Shown here: positions 8,318 to 19,900 of the stretch, piece after piece
Numbering within the stretch: position 1 is the stretch's first letter
Layout: each line of letters opens with the position of its first letter
From: an uncultured Clostridia bacterium
GTDB taxonomy: Bacteria; Bacillota; Clostridia; Christensenellales; Borkfalkiaceae
Length of the DNA: 49,307 nucleotides
Direction: 5' to 3'
NCBI GenBank assembly: GCA_964615285.1
Contig: CAZTND010000004.1
Span: 1,233 to 50,539 of the forward strand
Translations under genes and position numbers: made by a program
Notes under the pieces: model-generated
Database searches by the model: none
What the model was told of the DNA's origin: nothing
What the model saw: only the letters and a program-made list of their open reading frames with translations

Positions 8318-8875
8318 ATGAAGAAAAATCTGAACGCGTCTACTTTGCTTGCGCCTGTGCCCGTGGTGATGGTCACCTGCGGGGACGAAGAGAGGTCCAA
8401 CGTCATCACCCTCGCCTGGGTGGGGACGATCAATTCCGACCCGCCGATGGTCAGCATTTCCGTCCGGTACGGCAGATATTCCTATCCCATCATCAAGGAG
8501 ACGGGGGAATTTACCGTCAATCTGGTGGACAAGAGTTTGGTGGAAGCCACCGATCTGTGCGGCGTGCTCTCCGGGCGGAACGGGGATAAGTTTGCGCGGG
8601 CACATCTCACCAAATGTCCCGGCGTCGCCGTCAAAGCGCCGTACATCGGGGAGAGCCCCGCGGCGTTGGAATGCAAAGTGGTGCGGCAGATCGACCTCGG
8701 TTCGCACGCCGTTTTTTTCGGCGAAGTGGTCAACGTCATCGCGGATGAAAAATATGTCGGGACGAACGGCTCTTTGCAGCTGCCCGACGGGCTGCTCGTC
8801 GCCTATACGAACGGCAAATATGTTGCGACGGGCGAAACGCTGGGAACGTATGCCTATACGGCGAAGAAAAAATAA
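8318..8875 (+). CDS. flavin reductase-like FMN-binding protein
   Basis: Start at MKKNL with AAGGAGG upstream. PVPVVMVTCG..NVITLAWVG..S.DPPMVSISV is the typical flavin reductase domain pattern. Confidence 0.8.
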   Translation: MKKNLNASTLLAPVPVVMVTCGDEERSNVITLAWVGTINSDPPMVSISVRYGRYSYPIIKETGEFTVNLVDKSLVEATDLCGVLSGRNGDKFARAHLTKCPGVAVKAPYIGESPAALECKVVRQIDLGSHAVFFGEVVNVIADEKYVGTNGSLQLPDGLLVAYTNGKYVATGETLGTYAYTAKKK

Positions 8876-9100
8876 TCCGATTGCGCGCCCGGCGCGCCGG
8901 CCTCTTTCATATATGGCGGCGTTCGGTATGAATGAAAAATAAAATATTATTATATTTCGGATTATATTCGGATCGTTCGCGCCCTCGGCTGTTTGGGCGC
9001 GGGACGGGGATTCCGGTTTCGGATATTCCGATTTCCGCAAACAGTGCCGCCTGCGGGCGGCGCTTGTCTTGTCCGCAGCCGGCCGGCGTTTATGCGCATT

Positions 9101-9190
9101 TTTTCAATTTTATTCATTTATTCATAAAATATTGAATATATGCATAAAATATTCGCTGATCGTTTCAAAAAAATGATAAATTTGCATAAA
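9101..9190. promoter_or_regulatory. AT-rich region with ARG-box-like half sites (putative ArgR/AhrC operator)
   Basis: Multiple TGAAT/ATTCA/TGCAT half sites (TTTTCAATTTTATTCATT, TATTCATAAAATATTGAATA, TGCATAAAATATTCG) lie directly upstream of the arg operon promoter. None is a perfect 18-bp ARG box. Confidence 0.35.
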
Positions 9191-9207
9191 AAAGGGATTT
9201 CATTCGC

Positions 9208-9236
9208 TTGACAGCGCGCGGCTGCGGTGCTATAAT
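9208..9236 (+). promoter_or_regulatory. sigma70-type promoter of the arg operon
   Basis: TTGACA-17 nt-TATAAT, a perfect consensus. About 100-nt leader to argG ATG 9345. Confidence 0.7.
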
Positions 9237-9344
9237 TTATCGGAAAAGAAAAAGATGCCGCGCCGCACGCCGCAAGCGGTAAAGAGCGGGGCATCGCGGT
9301 CGATCGATCAAAGAAAAAATAAAAAACCTGCGAGGTAAAGAATT

Positions 9345-10574
9345 ATGGAAAAACAGATCAAGAAAGTGGTTTTGGCTTATTCGGGCGGGTTGGATACTTC
9401 CATCATTATCCCCTGGCTGAAAGAGAACTACAACGGCTGCGAAGTCATCGCCGTTTCGGCGGACGTCGGGCAGGGCACCGAATTGGACGGGCTGGAAGAA
9501 AAGGCCAAAAAGACGGGCGCCTCCAAACTGTACATTCTCGACCTCAAAAAGGAATTCATCGAGGACTATATCTATCCCACCATGCAGGCGGGCGCCAAGT
9601 ACGAGGATAAATATCTGCTCGGCACGTCGTTCGCCCGTCCCGTCATCGCCAAGCGCATCGTTGAGATCGCCAAGAAAGAGGGCGCCGACGCCATCTGCCA
9701 CGGCTGCACGGGCAAGGGCAACGATCAGGTGCGGTTCGAGCTGACCATCAAGGCGTTCGCGCCCGAAATGACCATCATCGCGCCCTGGCGCATCTGGAAC
9801 ATCAAGAGTCGCGACGAGGAGATCGACTACGCTGAGGCGCACAATATCCCCCTGAAGATCAGCCGGGAGACCAACTATTCCAAGGATAAGAATCTGTGGC
9901 ATCTCTCCCACGAGGGCCTCGACCTCGAGGACCCCGCCAACGAGCCGCAGTACGAAAAGCCCGGCTTCCTCGAAATGGGCGTGTCGCCCCTGCAGGCGCC
10001 AGACAAGCCCACCTACGTCACCATTCACTTTGAAAAGGGTATCCCCACGGCGATCGACGGCAAGGAGATGGGCGCGGTCGAACTCATGGAAAAACTCAAC
10101 AAGCTCGGCGGCGAAAACGGCGTGGGCTTGGTCGACATGGTCGAAAACCGTCTGGTCGGCATGAAGAGCCGCGGCGTGTACGAGACCCCCGGCGGTTCCA
10201 TCCTGTACGCGGCGCACGAGAATCTCGAAATGATCTGCCTCGACAAGGCGACCGCGCACTATAAGCAGCTTGTCGCCGTCAAGTTCGGCGAGATCGTCTA
10301 TGACGGGCAGTGGTTCACCCCCCTCAGGGAAGCCCTGCAGGCGTTCGTCGAAAAGACGCAGGAAACGGTCACGGGCGACGCCAGGGTCAAACTCTATAAG
10401 GGCAACATCATCAACGCGGGCGTCACTTCGCCGCACTCCCTGTACAGCGAGAACATCGCCACCTTTGAGGACGACGGCGGCGCATACAGCCAGAAGGACG
10501 CCGAAGGGTTCATCAACTGCTTCGGTCTGCCCATCAAAGTCAAGGCGATGCTCGAAGCGCGCAAACTGAAATAA
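9345..10574 (+). CDS. argG: argininosuccinate synthase
   Basis: 409 aa. Contains AYSGGLDTS, the ATP pyrophosphatase motif, and is ArgG-like over its full length. Confidence 0.95.
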   Translation: MEKQIKKVVLAYSGGLDTSIIIPWLKENYNGCEVIAVSADVGQGTELDGLEEKAKKTGASKLYILDLKKEFIEDYIYPTMQAGAKYEDKYLLGTSFARPVIAKRIVEIAKKEGADAICHGCTGKGNDQVRFELTIKAFAPEMTIIAPWRIWNIKSRDEEIDYAEAHNIPLKISRETNYSKDKNLWHLSHEGLDLEDPANEPQYEKPGFLEMGVSPLQAPDKPTYVTIHFEKGIPTAIDGKEMGAVELMEKLNKLGGENGVGLVDMVENRLVGMKSRGVYETPGGSILYAAHENLEMICLDKATAHYKQLVAVKFGEIVYDGQWFTPLREALQAFVEKTQETVTGDARVKLYKGNIINAGVTSPHSLYSENIATFEDDGGAYSQKDAEGFINCFGLPIKVKAMLEARKLK

Positions 10575-10580
10575 AATTTT

Positions 10581-11507
10581 ATGTATAACGTATTCATAGA
10601 CGGCAAGGAGGGCACGACGGGGCTGCAAATCTTTGACCGCCTGGGCAAAAGACAGGACGTGCGCGTCATCGCGCTGCCCGAAGAAAAGCGAAAGGACGTC
10701 GCCGCCCGCAAAGAAGCGATCAACGGCGCGGACGTCGTATTCCTGTGCCTGCCCGACGTGGCGGCGAAGGAATCGGTCTCCCTCGTCGAGAGCGACAAGG
10801 TCAGGGTCATCGACGCCTCCACGGCGCACCGCACGGCGGCGGGCTGGGCATACGGCTTCCCCGAACTTTCGGCGGAACACCGAAGGGCGATCGCCTCCTC
10901 CCGTTTCATCGCCAATCCCGGCTGTTATGCGAGCGGGTTCATCGCCCTCGTCTATCCCCTGGTAAAGCGGGGGATCGCGGCGGCGGGTTATCCCTTCGTC
11001 TGCCACGCCGTCAGCGGCTATTCGGGCGCCGGCAAGAAGGGCATCGCGCAGTACGAAGGGGCGGACAGGGACGTCTCCCTCGAAACGCCCCGCCTATACG
11101 GCCTGACGCTCTCGCACAAGCACCTGCCCGAAATGGTCGCGCAGTGCGCTTTGACGCGCAAACCGGTGTTCAACCCGTACATTTGCGACTATTACAGCGG
11201 CATGTCGGTCACCGTTCCGCTCTTTGCGGGACTTTTGGAAAAGCGGGTGACGCCCGCGGACGTCAAGGAACTCTTTTCGGAACACTATGCGGGCGCAAAG
11301 TTCGTGAAGGTGGGGGAAGAGCCGAGCGGCTACATCGCCGCCAACCCCTTCGACGGGACCAATCAGATGGAGATCCTCGTCAACGGCAACGACGAACAGA
11401 TATTGCTCACGGCGCGGTTCGACAATCTCGGCAAGGGCGCTTCCGGCGCGGCGGTGCAGAACATGAACATCGCCCTCGGGCTGGACGAAAGCACGGGGCT
11501 CTTATAA
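10581..11507 (+). CDS. argC: N-acetyl-gamma-glutamyl-phosphate reductase (short type-2 form)
   Basis: 308 aa. Contains GKEGTTGLQI and the active-site region NPGCYASG. Arg operon context. Confidence 0.9.
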   Translation: MYNVFIDGKEGTTGLQIFDRLGKRQDVRVIALPEEKRKDVAARKEAINGADVVFLCLPDVAAKESVSLVESDKVRVIDASTAHRTAAGWAYGFPELSAEHRRAIASSRFIANPGCYASGFIALVYPLVKRGIAAAGYPFVCHAVSGYSGAGKKGIAQYEGADRDVSLETPRLYGLTLSHKHLPEMVAQCALTRKPVFNPYICDYYSGMSVTVPLFAGLLEKRVTPADVKELFSEHYAGAKFVKVGEEPSGYIAANPFDGTNQMEILVNGNDEQILLTARFDNLGKGASGAAVQNMNIALGLDESTGLL

Positions 11508-11544
11508 GCTCTTATAATAAGGCGCGTAAAATAAGGCGCGTAAA
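11499..11544. repeat. two adjacent tandem micro-duplications at the argC 3' end
   Basis: CTCTTATAAG/CTCTTATAAT (10 bp x2, spanning the TAA stop) is followed by ATAAGGCGCGTAAA x2 (14 bp, exact). Confidence 0.85.
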
Positions 11545-11610
11545 CGTATTTTCCGCTCCGCGGAAGGACATTTTTCAATTACGATCGAACGAAGGCAAGG
11601 AAAGGCAAAC

Positions 11611-12828
11611 ATGACCATGAAACAGATCGAAGGCGGCGTCTGCGCGGCAAAGGGATTCCGCGCAAGCGGCGTGCACTGCGGCATACGCAAGAACAAGACC
11701 AAAAAAGATTTGGCGCTCATCGTGAGCGACGTGCGCGCCGCCACGGCGTGCGTCTATACCAAAAACCTCGTCAAGGGCGCGCCCATCCTCGTCACGCAGA
11801 AGAACGTGGCGGACGGCTATGCGCAGGCGGTCATCGTCAACAGCGGCAACGCCAACACCTGCAACGCGAACGGCGTGGAGATCGCCGAGGGAATGGCAAA
11901 ACTCGTCGAGGAATATACGGGCATCCCGTCGGGCGACGTGGTCGTCGCCTCCACGGGGGTCATCGGGCAGAAGTTGTCTTTGGAACCCATCCAAAGCGGT
12001 ATGCCCGCCCTCAAAGCGGAGCTCGGCGATCACTCCCGCGACGCGGCGGAGGCCATCATGACGACGGATACCGTCCCCAAGGAGATCGCCTATGCCTTCG
12101 AACTCGGCGGCAAGGAGTGCCATATCGGCGCCATCTGCAAGGGCGTCGGCATGATCTGCCCCAATATGGCGACCATGCTCATGTTCGTCTGCACGGACGC
12201 GGCCATCTCTCCCGCCATGCTGCAAAGGGCGCTCGACCTCGACGTGAAGGACTCCCTCAACATGGTCAGCGTGGACAGAGACACGTCCACCAACGACACC
12301 CTCTGCCTGATGGCGAACGGCCTGGCGGGCAACGCCCGCGTGGAAGAGGACGGCGCGGACTTCCGCAAGTTCCGCAAAGTACTGCACGCGGTCACGACGT
12401 ATATGTGTCGTCAGATCGCGGGGGACGGCGAAGGGGCGACCAAGCTCATCGAATGCCGCGTGACGGGCGCGAAGAGCAAAAAGAGCGCCAAACTCGCGGC
12501 GAAAGCTGTCGTGTGCAGCGACCTTCTGAAGGCGGCGATGTTCGGCGCGGACGCCAACTGGGGGCGCGTTTTGTGCGCCGTCGGCTATTCGGGCGCGGAC
12601 GTCGACCCCGACAAGATCGGCGTTTCCTTCCGTTCCAAGGCGGGGGAGATCGAGGTCTGCCGCGGCGGCAAAGGGGTGGACTTCTCCGAGGAAGAGGCAA
12701 AAAAGATCCTCTCGGAGGACGAGATCGACATTCTCATCGATCTCGGCGAGGGGAATTACAAGGCGACCGCCTGGGGCTGCGACCTCACTTACGATTACGT
12801 CAGGATCAACGGCGATTACCGCACCTGA
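11611..12828 (+). CDS. argJ: bifunctional ornithine acetyltransferase / N-acetylglutamate synthase
   Basis: 405 aa. ArgJ-like, including the autoprocessing site region (ATMLMFV) and the C-terminal INGDYRT. Confidence 0.95.
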   Translation: MTMKQIEGGVCAAKGFRASGVHCGIRKNKTKKDLALIVSDVRAATACVYTKNLVKGAPILVTQKNVADGYAQAVIVNSGNANTCNANGVEIAEGMAKLVEEYTGIPSGDVVVASTGVIGQKLSLEPIQSGMPALKAELGDHSRDAAEAIMTTDTVPKEIAYAFELGGKECHIGAICKGVGMICPNMATMLMFVCTDAAISPAMLQRALDLDVKDSLNMVSVDRDTSTNDTLCLMANGLAGNARVEEDGADFRKFRKVLHAVTTYMCRQIAGDGEGATKLIECRVTGAKSKKSAKLAAKAVVCSDLLKAAMFGADANWGRVLCAVGYSGADVDPDKIGVSFRSKAGEIEVCRGGKGVDFSEEEAKKILSEDEIDILIDLGEGNYKATAWGCDLTYDYVRINGDYRT

Positions 12829-12855
12829 GCGGGAGACAGTACGGATAAAAAAATT

Positions 12856-13728
12856 ATGACCAAACAAGATATGATCACCAAGGAGCAACAGGCAGAGTTC
12901 CTCATCGAGGCGATGCCCTACATCAAAAAATACCAGGACAAGATCCTGGTCATCAAATACGGCGGCAACGCCATGCTCAACGACGAGCTGAAAAATTCGG
13001 TCATGCGCGACCTCACCATGCTGCGCATGGTCGGCATCAACGTCGTACTCGTCCACGGCGGCGGGCCCGAGATCAACGCCCTTCTGAAAAAGGTCGGCAA
13101 GGAGAGCAAGTTCATCGACGGACTGCGCTACACCGACGAAGAGACCGTGGAATACGTGGAAATGGCGCTCGCGGGCAAGGTGAACAAATCGCTCGTCAAC
13201 CTGCTGCAACAGAACGATGCCAAGGCCATCGGGCTGTGCGGCATCGACGGGCACATGCTCCTCTGCGAAAAGCAGGATGAAAAGCTGGGTTTTGTCGGCA
13301 AGGTCGTCAAGGTCAATCCGGGCATCATTCTCGACTGTCTGGAAGCGGGCTACATTCCCGTCATCTCCACCGTCGGGTACGGCAAGGACGGGGAGATATA
13401 CAACGTCAACGCCGATACGGCGGCGTCCGTCATCGCGGGCGCGCTGGGCGCGGAGAGCCTCATTCTCATGACGGACATCAAGGGGCTTTTGGAGAACAAG
13501 GACGACGAAAACACCCTCATCAAAAAGGTATATGTTTCGGACATTCCCTCGCTCGTCAAGCAGGGGATCATTTCGGGCGGTATGGTCCCGAAAATAGAAT
13601 GCTGCAAAGAGGCCATCCGCCGCGGCGTGAACCGTGTGTTCATCACCGACGGCAGGATCAACCATTCCATTTTGCTGGAATTGCTGTCCGATTCCGGTAT
13701 GGGCACCATGTTTGTAAACGAAGACTGA
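12856..13728 (+). CDS. argB: acetylglutamate kinase
   Basis: 290 aa. Contains VIKYGGNAM, VHGGGP and NVNAD motifs. Confidence 0.95.
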   Translation: MTKQDMITKEQQAEFLIEAMPYIKKYQDKILVIKYGGNAMLNDELKNSVMRDLTMLRMVGINVVLVHGGGPEINALLKKVGKESKFIDGLRYTDEETVEYVEMALAGKVNKSLVNLLQQNDAKAIGLCGIDGHMLLCEKQDEKLGFVGKVVKVNPGIILDCLEAGYIPVISTVGYGKDGEIYNVNADTAASVIAGALGAESLILMTDIKGLLENKDDENTLIKKVYVSDIPSLVKQGIISGGMVPKIECCKEAIRRGVNRVFITDGRINHSILLELLSDSGMGTMFVNED

Positions 13729-13754
13729 TATTTTACCATATCAGTCCTTTTTCT
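13723..13754 (+). terminator. AT-rich hairpin plus T-run after argB (weak internal terminator or processing site)
   Basis: GACTGATAT-tttacc-ATATCAGTC followed by CTTTTTCT. The argB TGA lies inside the 5' arm. Confidence 0.35.
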
Positions 13755-13795
13755 AATATAAACGAAATCAAAGTATTAAGGATCACGGATAGAAA

Positions 13796-14961
13796 ATGGA
13801 TTTTGAGACGATCAAATATAAGGACAAAGAATACATCGAACCGACATACGCGCGCTTTCAGGTGGGCATCGCCTACGGCAAGGGCGCCACGCTGACCGAC
13901 TTTTCGGGAAAGGAATACATTGACTTCACGAGCGGCATCGGCGTGAACATCTTCGGCATAAACGACGAAGTGTGGAAAGAGGCGGTCACCGCGCAGCTGA
14001 ACAAAGTGCAGCACGCCTGCAACCTCTACTACACCCGGCCGCAGACCGAACTTGCCGAACTCCTCTGCCAAAAGAGCGGCGCCAAAAAGGTCTGCTTCTC
14101 CAACAGCGGCGCCGAGGCGAACGAGTGCGCCATCAAGGCGGCAAGGAAGTACAACGCCGACAAATACGGCGAGGGCAAGCGCTATGAAATACTCGTGTTG
14201 AACGGCAGTTTCCACGGCAGGACGCTCGCCGCGCTCTCGGCCACGGCGCAGCCCGCCTTCCGCAAATATTTTTCGCCCTTCCTCGAAGGGTTCCCGTCCT
14301 TCGACCCGGACTATGACAGTTTCCTCTCCGCCGTCACGGATAAGACGGGGGCGGTGATGATGGAGCTCGTGCAGGGCGAAAGCGGCGTCAACCTTCTCGA
14401 TTTCGATTTCGTGCGCAAGGTGGAAGAGTACTGCAAGGCACACGACATCCTGTTCATCGTCGACGAAGTGCAGACGGGCAACGGCAGGACGGGCAGGATG
14501 TACTCCTATCAGCAGTTCGGCGTGCAGCCCGACCTCGTCACCACGGCGAAGGGGTTGGGCGGGGGGTTGCCCATCGGCGCCTGCCTGTTCTTTGACAAGA
14601 CGGAATACGTCTTTCACTACGGCGACCACGGTTCGACGTTCGGCGGCAACCCCGTGTGCTGCGCGGGCGGCGCGGCCATCGTAAAGCGGCTGGACGACGA
14701 GTTGTTCGGCGAAGTCACCCGCAAGGGCTGGCATCTCTACACCGAACTGAACAAACTTTCCAAGGTGTCCAAGGTCTCGGGGATGGGGCTGATGATCGGC
14801 GTCAGGACGGACAAACCCGCCCGCGCCGTCGCCGAGCGCTGCATCGAAAGGGGGCTGTTCGTCCTGACGGCGCACGACAAAGTAAGGCTGCTGCCCCCCC
14901 TCAACATCACGAAAGAAGAACTGGAAAAAGGTTTGAAAATATTGAGTGAGGTCATCGAAGA

Positions 14962-14965
<4 letters not shown>
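13796..14965 (+). CDS. argD: acetylornithine aminotransferase
   Basis: 389 aa class-III aminotransferase. Contains DEVQTG..RTG and the PLP-lysine region TTAKGLGGG. Confidence 0.9.
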
Positions 14966-15873
<908 letters not shown>

Positions 15874-15895
15874 AAACAAGGCGGGAACATATACA

Positions 15896-16972
15896 ATGAG
15901 CGAAGAAAGAGTATACGTTACTTTACAGAACGGCAAGGTTTTCAAGGGCTACCGTTTCGGCGCAAAGGGGGACAAGATCGGCGAACTCGTCTTTACGACG
16001 GGCATGACGGGCTACATCGAAACGCTCACCGATCCCAGCTATTACGGGCAGATCGTCGTGCAGACCTTCCCCCTCATCGGCAATTACGGCATCATCTCCG
16101 AGGATTTTGAAAGCCGCAAGTCCTTCGTGTTCGGCTACATCGTGCGCGAAAAGTGCGACGAGCCCTCCAATTTCCGCTGTGAAGAGACGCTGGACGCCTT
16201 TTTGAAGGCAAAGGGCATCGTGGGGGTCTACGGCATCGACACGCGCGAACTCACCAAGATCGTGCGCGAGGCGGGCGTCATGAACGCCGCCATCACCTCC
16301 AAGCCCTTCAAGGATTTTGAAAAACTGACGGCGTACCGCGTGACGGACGCCGTGAAGAGTACCACGGTCCCCGTGCCCGAAGTGCAGAACGAGGGGGGCA
16401 AATATAAAGTCGTGCTCTACGATTTCGGCGCCAAGGAGAACATCGAGCGCGAACTCGTCAAGCGGGATTGCATGGTCATCCGCGTGCCCTCCCGGTATAC
16501 GGCGGAGGAGGCGCTCGCCCTCGATCCCGACGGCATCATGCTCACCAACGGGCCGGGCGACCCCGAAGAGAATACGGAAGTCATCGAAAATCTGAAAAAG
16601 CTTGCAGGCAAAAAGCCCATCTTTGGCATCTGCCTGGGGCACCAGCTTTTTGCGCTCGCCATGGGCGGCAGGACCAAGAAGATGAAGTACGGGCACCGCG
16701 GTTCCAACCAGCCCGTGCGCGACACAGCGACGGGGCGGGTATACATCTCCTCGCAGAACCACGGGTACGAGGTCATCTCGGACAGCGTCAAAGGGCGGGT
16801 GAGTTTCGTCAACGCCAACGACGGCACCTGCGAAGGGGTCGATTACGACGACATCGGCGCCTACACCGTGCAGTTCCACCCCGAAGCCTGCGGCGGCCCG
16901 CACGACGCCAATTTCCTGTTCGACAAGTTCATAGCCGATATGCAGAAGCAGAAGGAGAAAAGGAATGCCTAA
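15896..16972 (+). CDS. carA: carbamoyl-phosphate synthase small (glutaminase) subunit
   Basis: 358 aa. Contains the GICLGHQ catalytic Cys motif and the HGYE/QFHPE region. Confidence 0.95.
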   Translation: MSEERVYVTLQNGKVFKGYRFGAKGDKIGELVFTTGMTGYIETLTDPSYYGQIVVQTFPLIGNYGIISEDFESRKSFVFGYIVREKCDEPSNFRCEETLDAFLKAKGIVGVYGIDTRELTKIVREAGVMNAAITSKPFKDFEKLTAYRVTDAVKSTTVPVPEVQNEGGKYKVVLYDFGAKENIERELVKRDCMVIRVPSRYTAEEALALDPDGIMLTNGPGDPEENTEVIENLKKLAGKKPIFGICLGHQLFALAMGGRTKKMKYGHRGSNQPVRDTATGRVYISSQNHGYEVISDSVKGRVSFVNANDGTCEGVDYDDIGAYTVQFHPEACGGPHDANFLFDKFIADMQKQKEKRNA

Positions 16973-19900
16973 GAGAAGTGATATTAAAAAAGTATTGGTC
17001 ATCGGGTCGGGGCCCATCGTCATCGGTCAGGCCGCCGAATTCGACTATGCGGGCGCGCAGGCGTGCCGCGTCTTGAAGAGCGAGGGCATCAACGTCGTTC
17101 TCTGCAACTCCAACCCCGCCACCATCATGACGGACAGCGCGCTCGCCGACGAGATATACCTCGAACCGCTCACCGAGGAGACCTTAAAGCGCATCATCAT
17201 CAAGGAAAGACCGGACTCTCTCCTCGCCTCCCTCGGGGGACAGACGGGGCTGACCATGGGCTGCAAGCTGGCGAAATCGGGCTTCCTCGCCGAGCATGGC
17301 GTCAAACTCATCGGCACCAGGCTCGACGCCATCGACAGGAGTGAGGACAGGGAACTCTTCAAGGAGACCATGGAGAAGATCCGTCAGCCCGTCGTGCCTT
17401 CGGACATCGCCTACACGGTGGACGAGTGCGTGGCGGTCGCAAATAAGCTCGGCTATCCCGTCATCGTCCGTCCTGCCTACACGCTCGGCGGCGCGGGCGG
17501 CGGCGTGGCGCACGACGAGGAGGAGCTCCGGCTCATCTCCCACAACGGGCTCATGCTCTCGCCCATCACGCAGGTGCTCATCGAAAAGTACATCGGCGGC
17601 TGGAAGGAGATAGAGTTCGAAGTGCTGCGCGACGGCGCGGGCAACGTGCTCACCGTCTGCTCCATGGAGAACTTCGACCCCGTCGGCATCCACACGGGGG
17701 ATTCCATCGTCATCGCGCCCGCCGTCACGCTGGCGGACAAGGAATATCAGATGCTCCGCTCGGCGTCCCTCGCCATCATCACCGAATTGGGGATAGAGGG
17801 GGGGTGCAACTGCCAGTTCGCGCTCAATCCCGACAGCTTCGAGTATTCGGTCATCGAGGTCAATCCCCGCGTTTCCCGCTCCTCGGCGCTCGCCTCCAAG
17901 GCGACGGGCTATCCCATCGCCAAGGTGGCAACCAAGATCGCCCTCGGCTACAACCTCGACGAGATCAAAAACGACGTCACGGGCAAGACGTACGCCTGCT
18001 TCGAGCCGGCGCTCGACTATGTCGTCGTCAAACTGCCCAAGTGGCCCTTCGATAAATTCCTGTACGCCAGGCGCGAGCTGGGCACGCGCATGAAGGCGAC
18101 GGGGGAGGTCATGGCGATCGGCTCGACCTTCGAGCAGGCGATCATGAAGGCGGTGCGCGGCGCGGAAATTTCCATGACGACACTGAACCACAAGAAATTC
18201 ATGCCGCTGCCCACCGAGGAGATCGTGCAAAAGCTCCATGAAAAGACGGACGAACGGCTGTTTGTGGTGTACGAGGCCATCAAACGCGGCGTGTCGCTCG
18301 ACGAGATCTTCGACATCACCAAGATCGACCGCTGGTTCCTCTCCAAACTGCGCAACCTCGCCCGCTACGAGTACAAACTCAAAACGGTCCGCGAATACGC
18401 CGAAAACCTGTCCGAAGAGGAGATGGACGACCCCGATCTCTCCGTGCTCATCGACGGGGAGGAATATCCCGTCAAAGACATCAGAAGGGGCGTGCTGTCG
18501 CGCAGGCTCTACGAAGAGGGCAAGCGGTACAGCTACCTGGACAAGGACATAGAGGCGCTTTCCGGGCAGAAAATACCCTATCATAAAAGGGCGGCGTTCA
18601 AAATGGTCGACACCTGCGCGGCGGAATTCTCGGCGCAGACGCCCTATTTCTATTCGACCTACGACGAGGACGACGAGGCGAAGCCCTTCGTGGCAAAGAG
18701 CCGCAAAAAGCGGGTCATCGTCATCGGGTCGGGACCCATCCGCATCGGGCAGGGCATCGAGTTCGACTATTCTTCCGTGCACTGCGTCTGGACGCTGAAA
18801 GAGCTCGGGTACGAGGTCATCATCATCAACAACAACCCCGAAACGGTCTCCACCGACTTCGACACGGCGGACAGGCTGTACTTTGAGCCGCTGACGGCGG
18901 AGGACGTGCAGCACGTCATCGACGTGGAAAAGCCGTACGGCGTCATCATCACCTTCGGCGGGCAGACGGCCATCAACCTCTGCGCCTACTTCCAGAGCCA
19001 CGGCATCCGTATCCTCGGCACGCCCGCGGACAGCGTGGACATCGCCGAGGACAGGGAACGCTTCGACGTACTGCTGGAAAAATACGGCATTCCCCGCCCG
19101 AAGGGCATCACGGTCATGACCAAGGAAGAGGCGTTCCGCGCGGCGGACGAACTGGAATATCCCATTCTCCTGCGCCCGTCCTACGTCATCGGCGGGCAGA
19201 ACATGACCATCGCCTTCACGCCCGACGACGTCAACCGCTATATGGACGTCATTCTCGCCCAGGGCATCGAGAACCCCGTCCTGTGCGACAAATACCTCAT
19301 GGGCAGCGAGCTGGAAGTGGACGCCATCTGCGACGGCACGGACGTGCTCATCCCCGGCATCATGCAGCACATCGAGCGCACGGGCGTGCATTCGGGCGAC
19401 TCCATCGCCGTCTACCCGCCCTACAATCTCGACGACGCCATGCTCAGACAGATCATCGAAGTTTCCACGCAGCTGGCGCTGGAACTGAAGACCAAGGGGC
19501 TCATCAACATTCAGTACCTCATCTACCGCAACCGCCTGTACGTCATCGAGGTCAACCCCCGCGCTTCCCGCACGGTGCCGTACATCTCCAAGGTGACGGG
19601 CGTGCCCATGGTGGAGCTCTCCACCAAGATCATTGCGGGCGCCAAGCTCAAAAAACTCGGCTACGGCACGGGGCTCTATCCCGATTCTCCCTATGTGGCG
19701 GTCAAGGTGCCCGTGTTCAGTTTTGAAAAGCTCAACGACGTCAATTCCCAGCTCGGTCCGCAGATGAAGTCCACGGGCGAAGTTTTAGGGATCGGCAAGA
19801 CCATGGAGGAGGCGCTCTTCAAGGGACTCGTCTCCGCCGGATTCAAGATGTGCCACCCCACCAAAAAGAAGCCCGTCGGCGTGTACATCACGGTCAACGA

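Noticed and set aside
8876-8920. GC palindrome CCGGCGCGCCGG / GCGCGCCCGGCGCGC after the flavin reductase gene as a terminator.
   Set aside because: It allows only a 5-bp stem with a realistic loop, and the T-run is weak (CTCTTTC). This is too uncertain to list as a feature.
8958-8980. Shared 12-mer GATTATATTCGG plus GGATCGTT with 41367-41392.
   Set aside because: Exact 12-mer matches are expected by chance many times in a 49-kb window scanned on both strands. The order of the two pieces also differs between the sites.
8932-9135. 67-aa ORF and short palindromes (TCGGATATTCCGA, GCCGCCtgcgGGCGGC) in the gap between the flavin reductase gene and argG.
   Set aside because: The ORF has no RBS and implausible composition. 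The hairpins lack T-runs. The region is better explained as promoter/operator DNA for the arg operon.
11575-13665. Very long antisense ORFs opposite well-conserved genes. Examples: 9237-11006(-), 11575-13665(-), 17184-19391(-), 19785-22199(-), 21923-23323(-), 28303-30309(-), 31944-33353(-), 36811-39150(-), 43865-45403(-), 46999-48327(-) and 5429-7267(+).
   Set aside because: Each lies exactly opposite a gene with clear family motifs. Their translations are Arg/Gly/Ala/His/Val-rich with no recognisable motifs and no RBS. Open antisense frames are expected in GC-rich DNA with strong GC3 codon bias.
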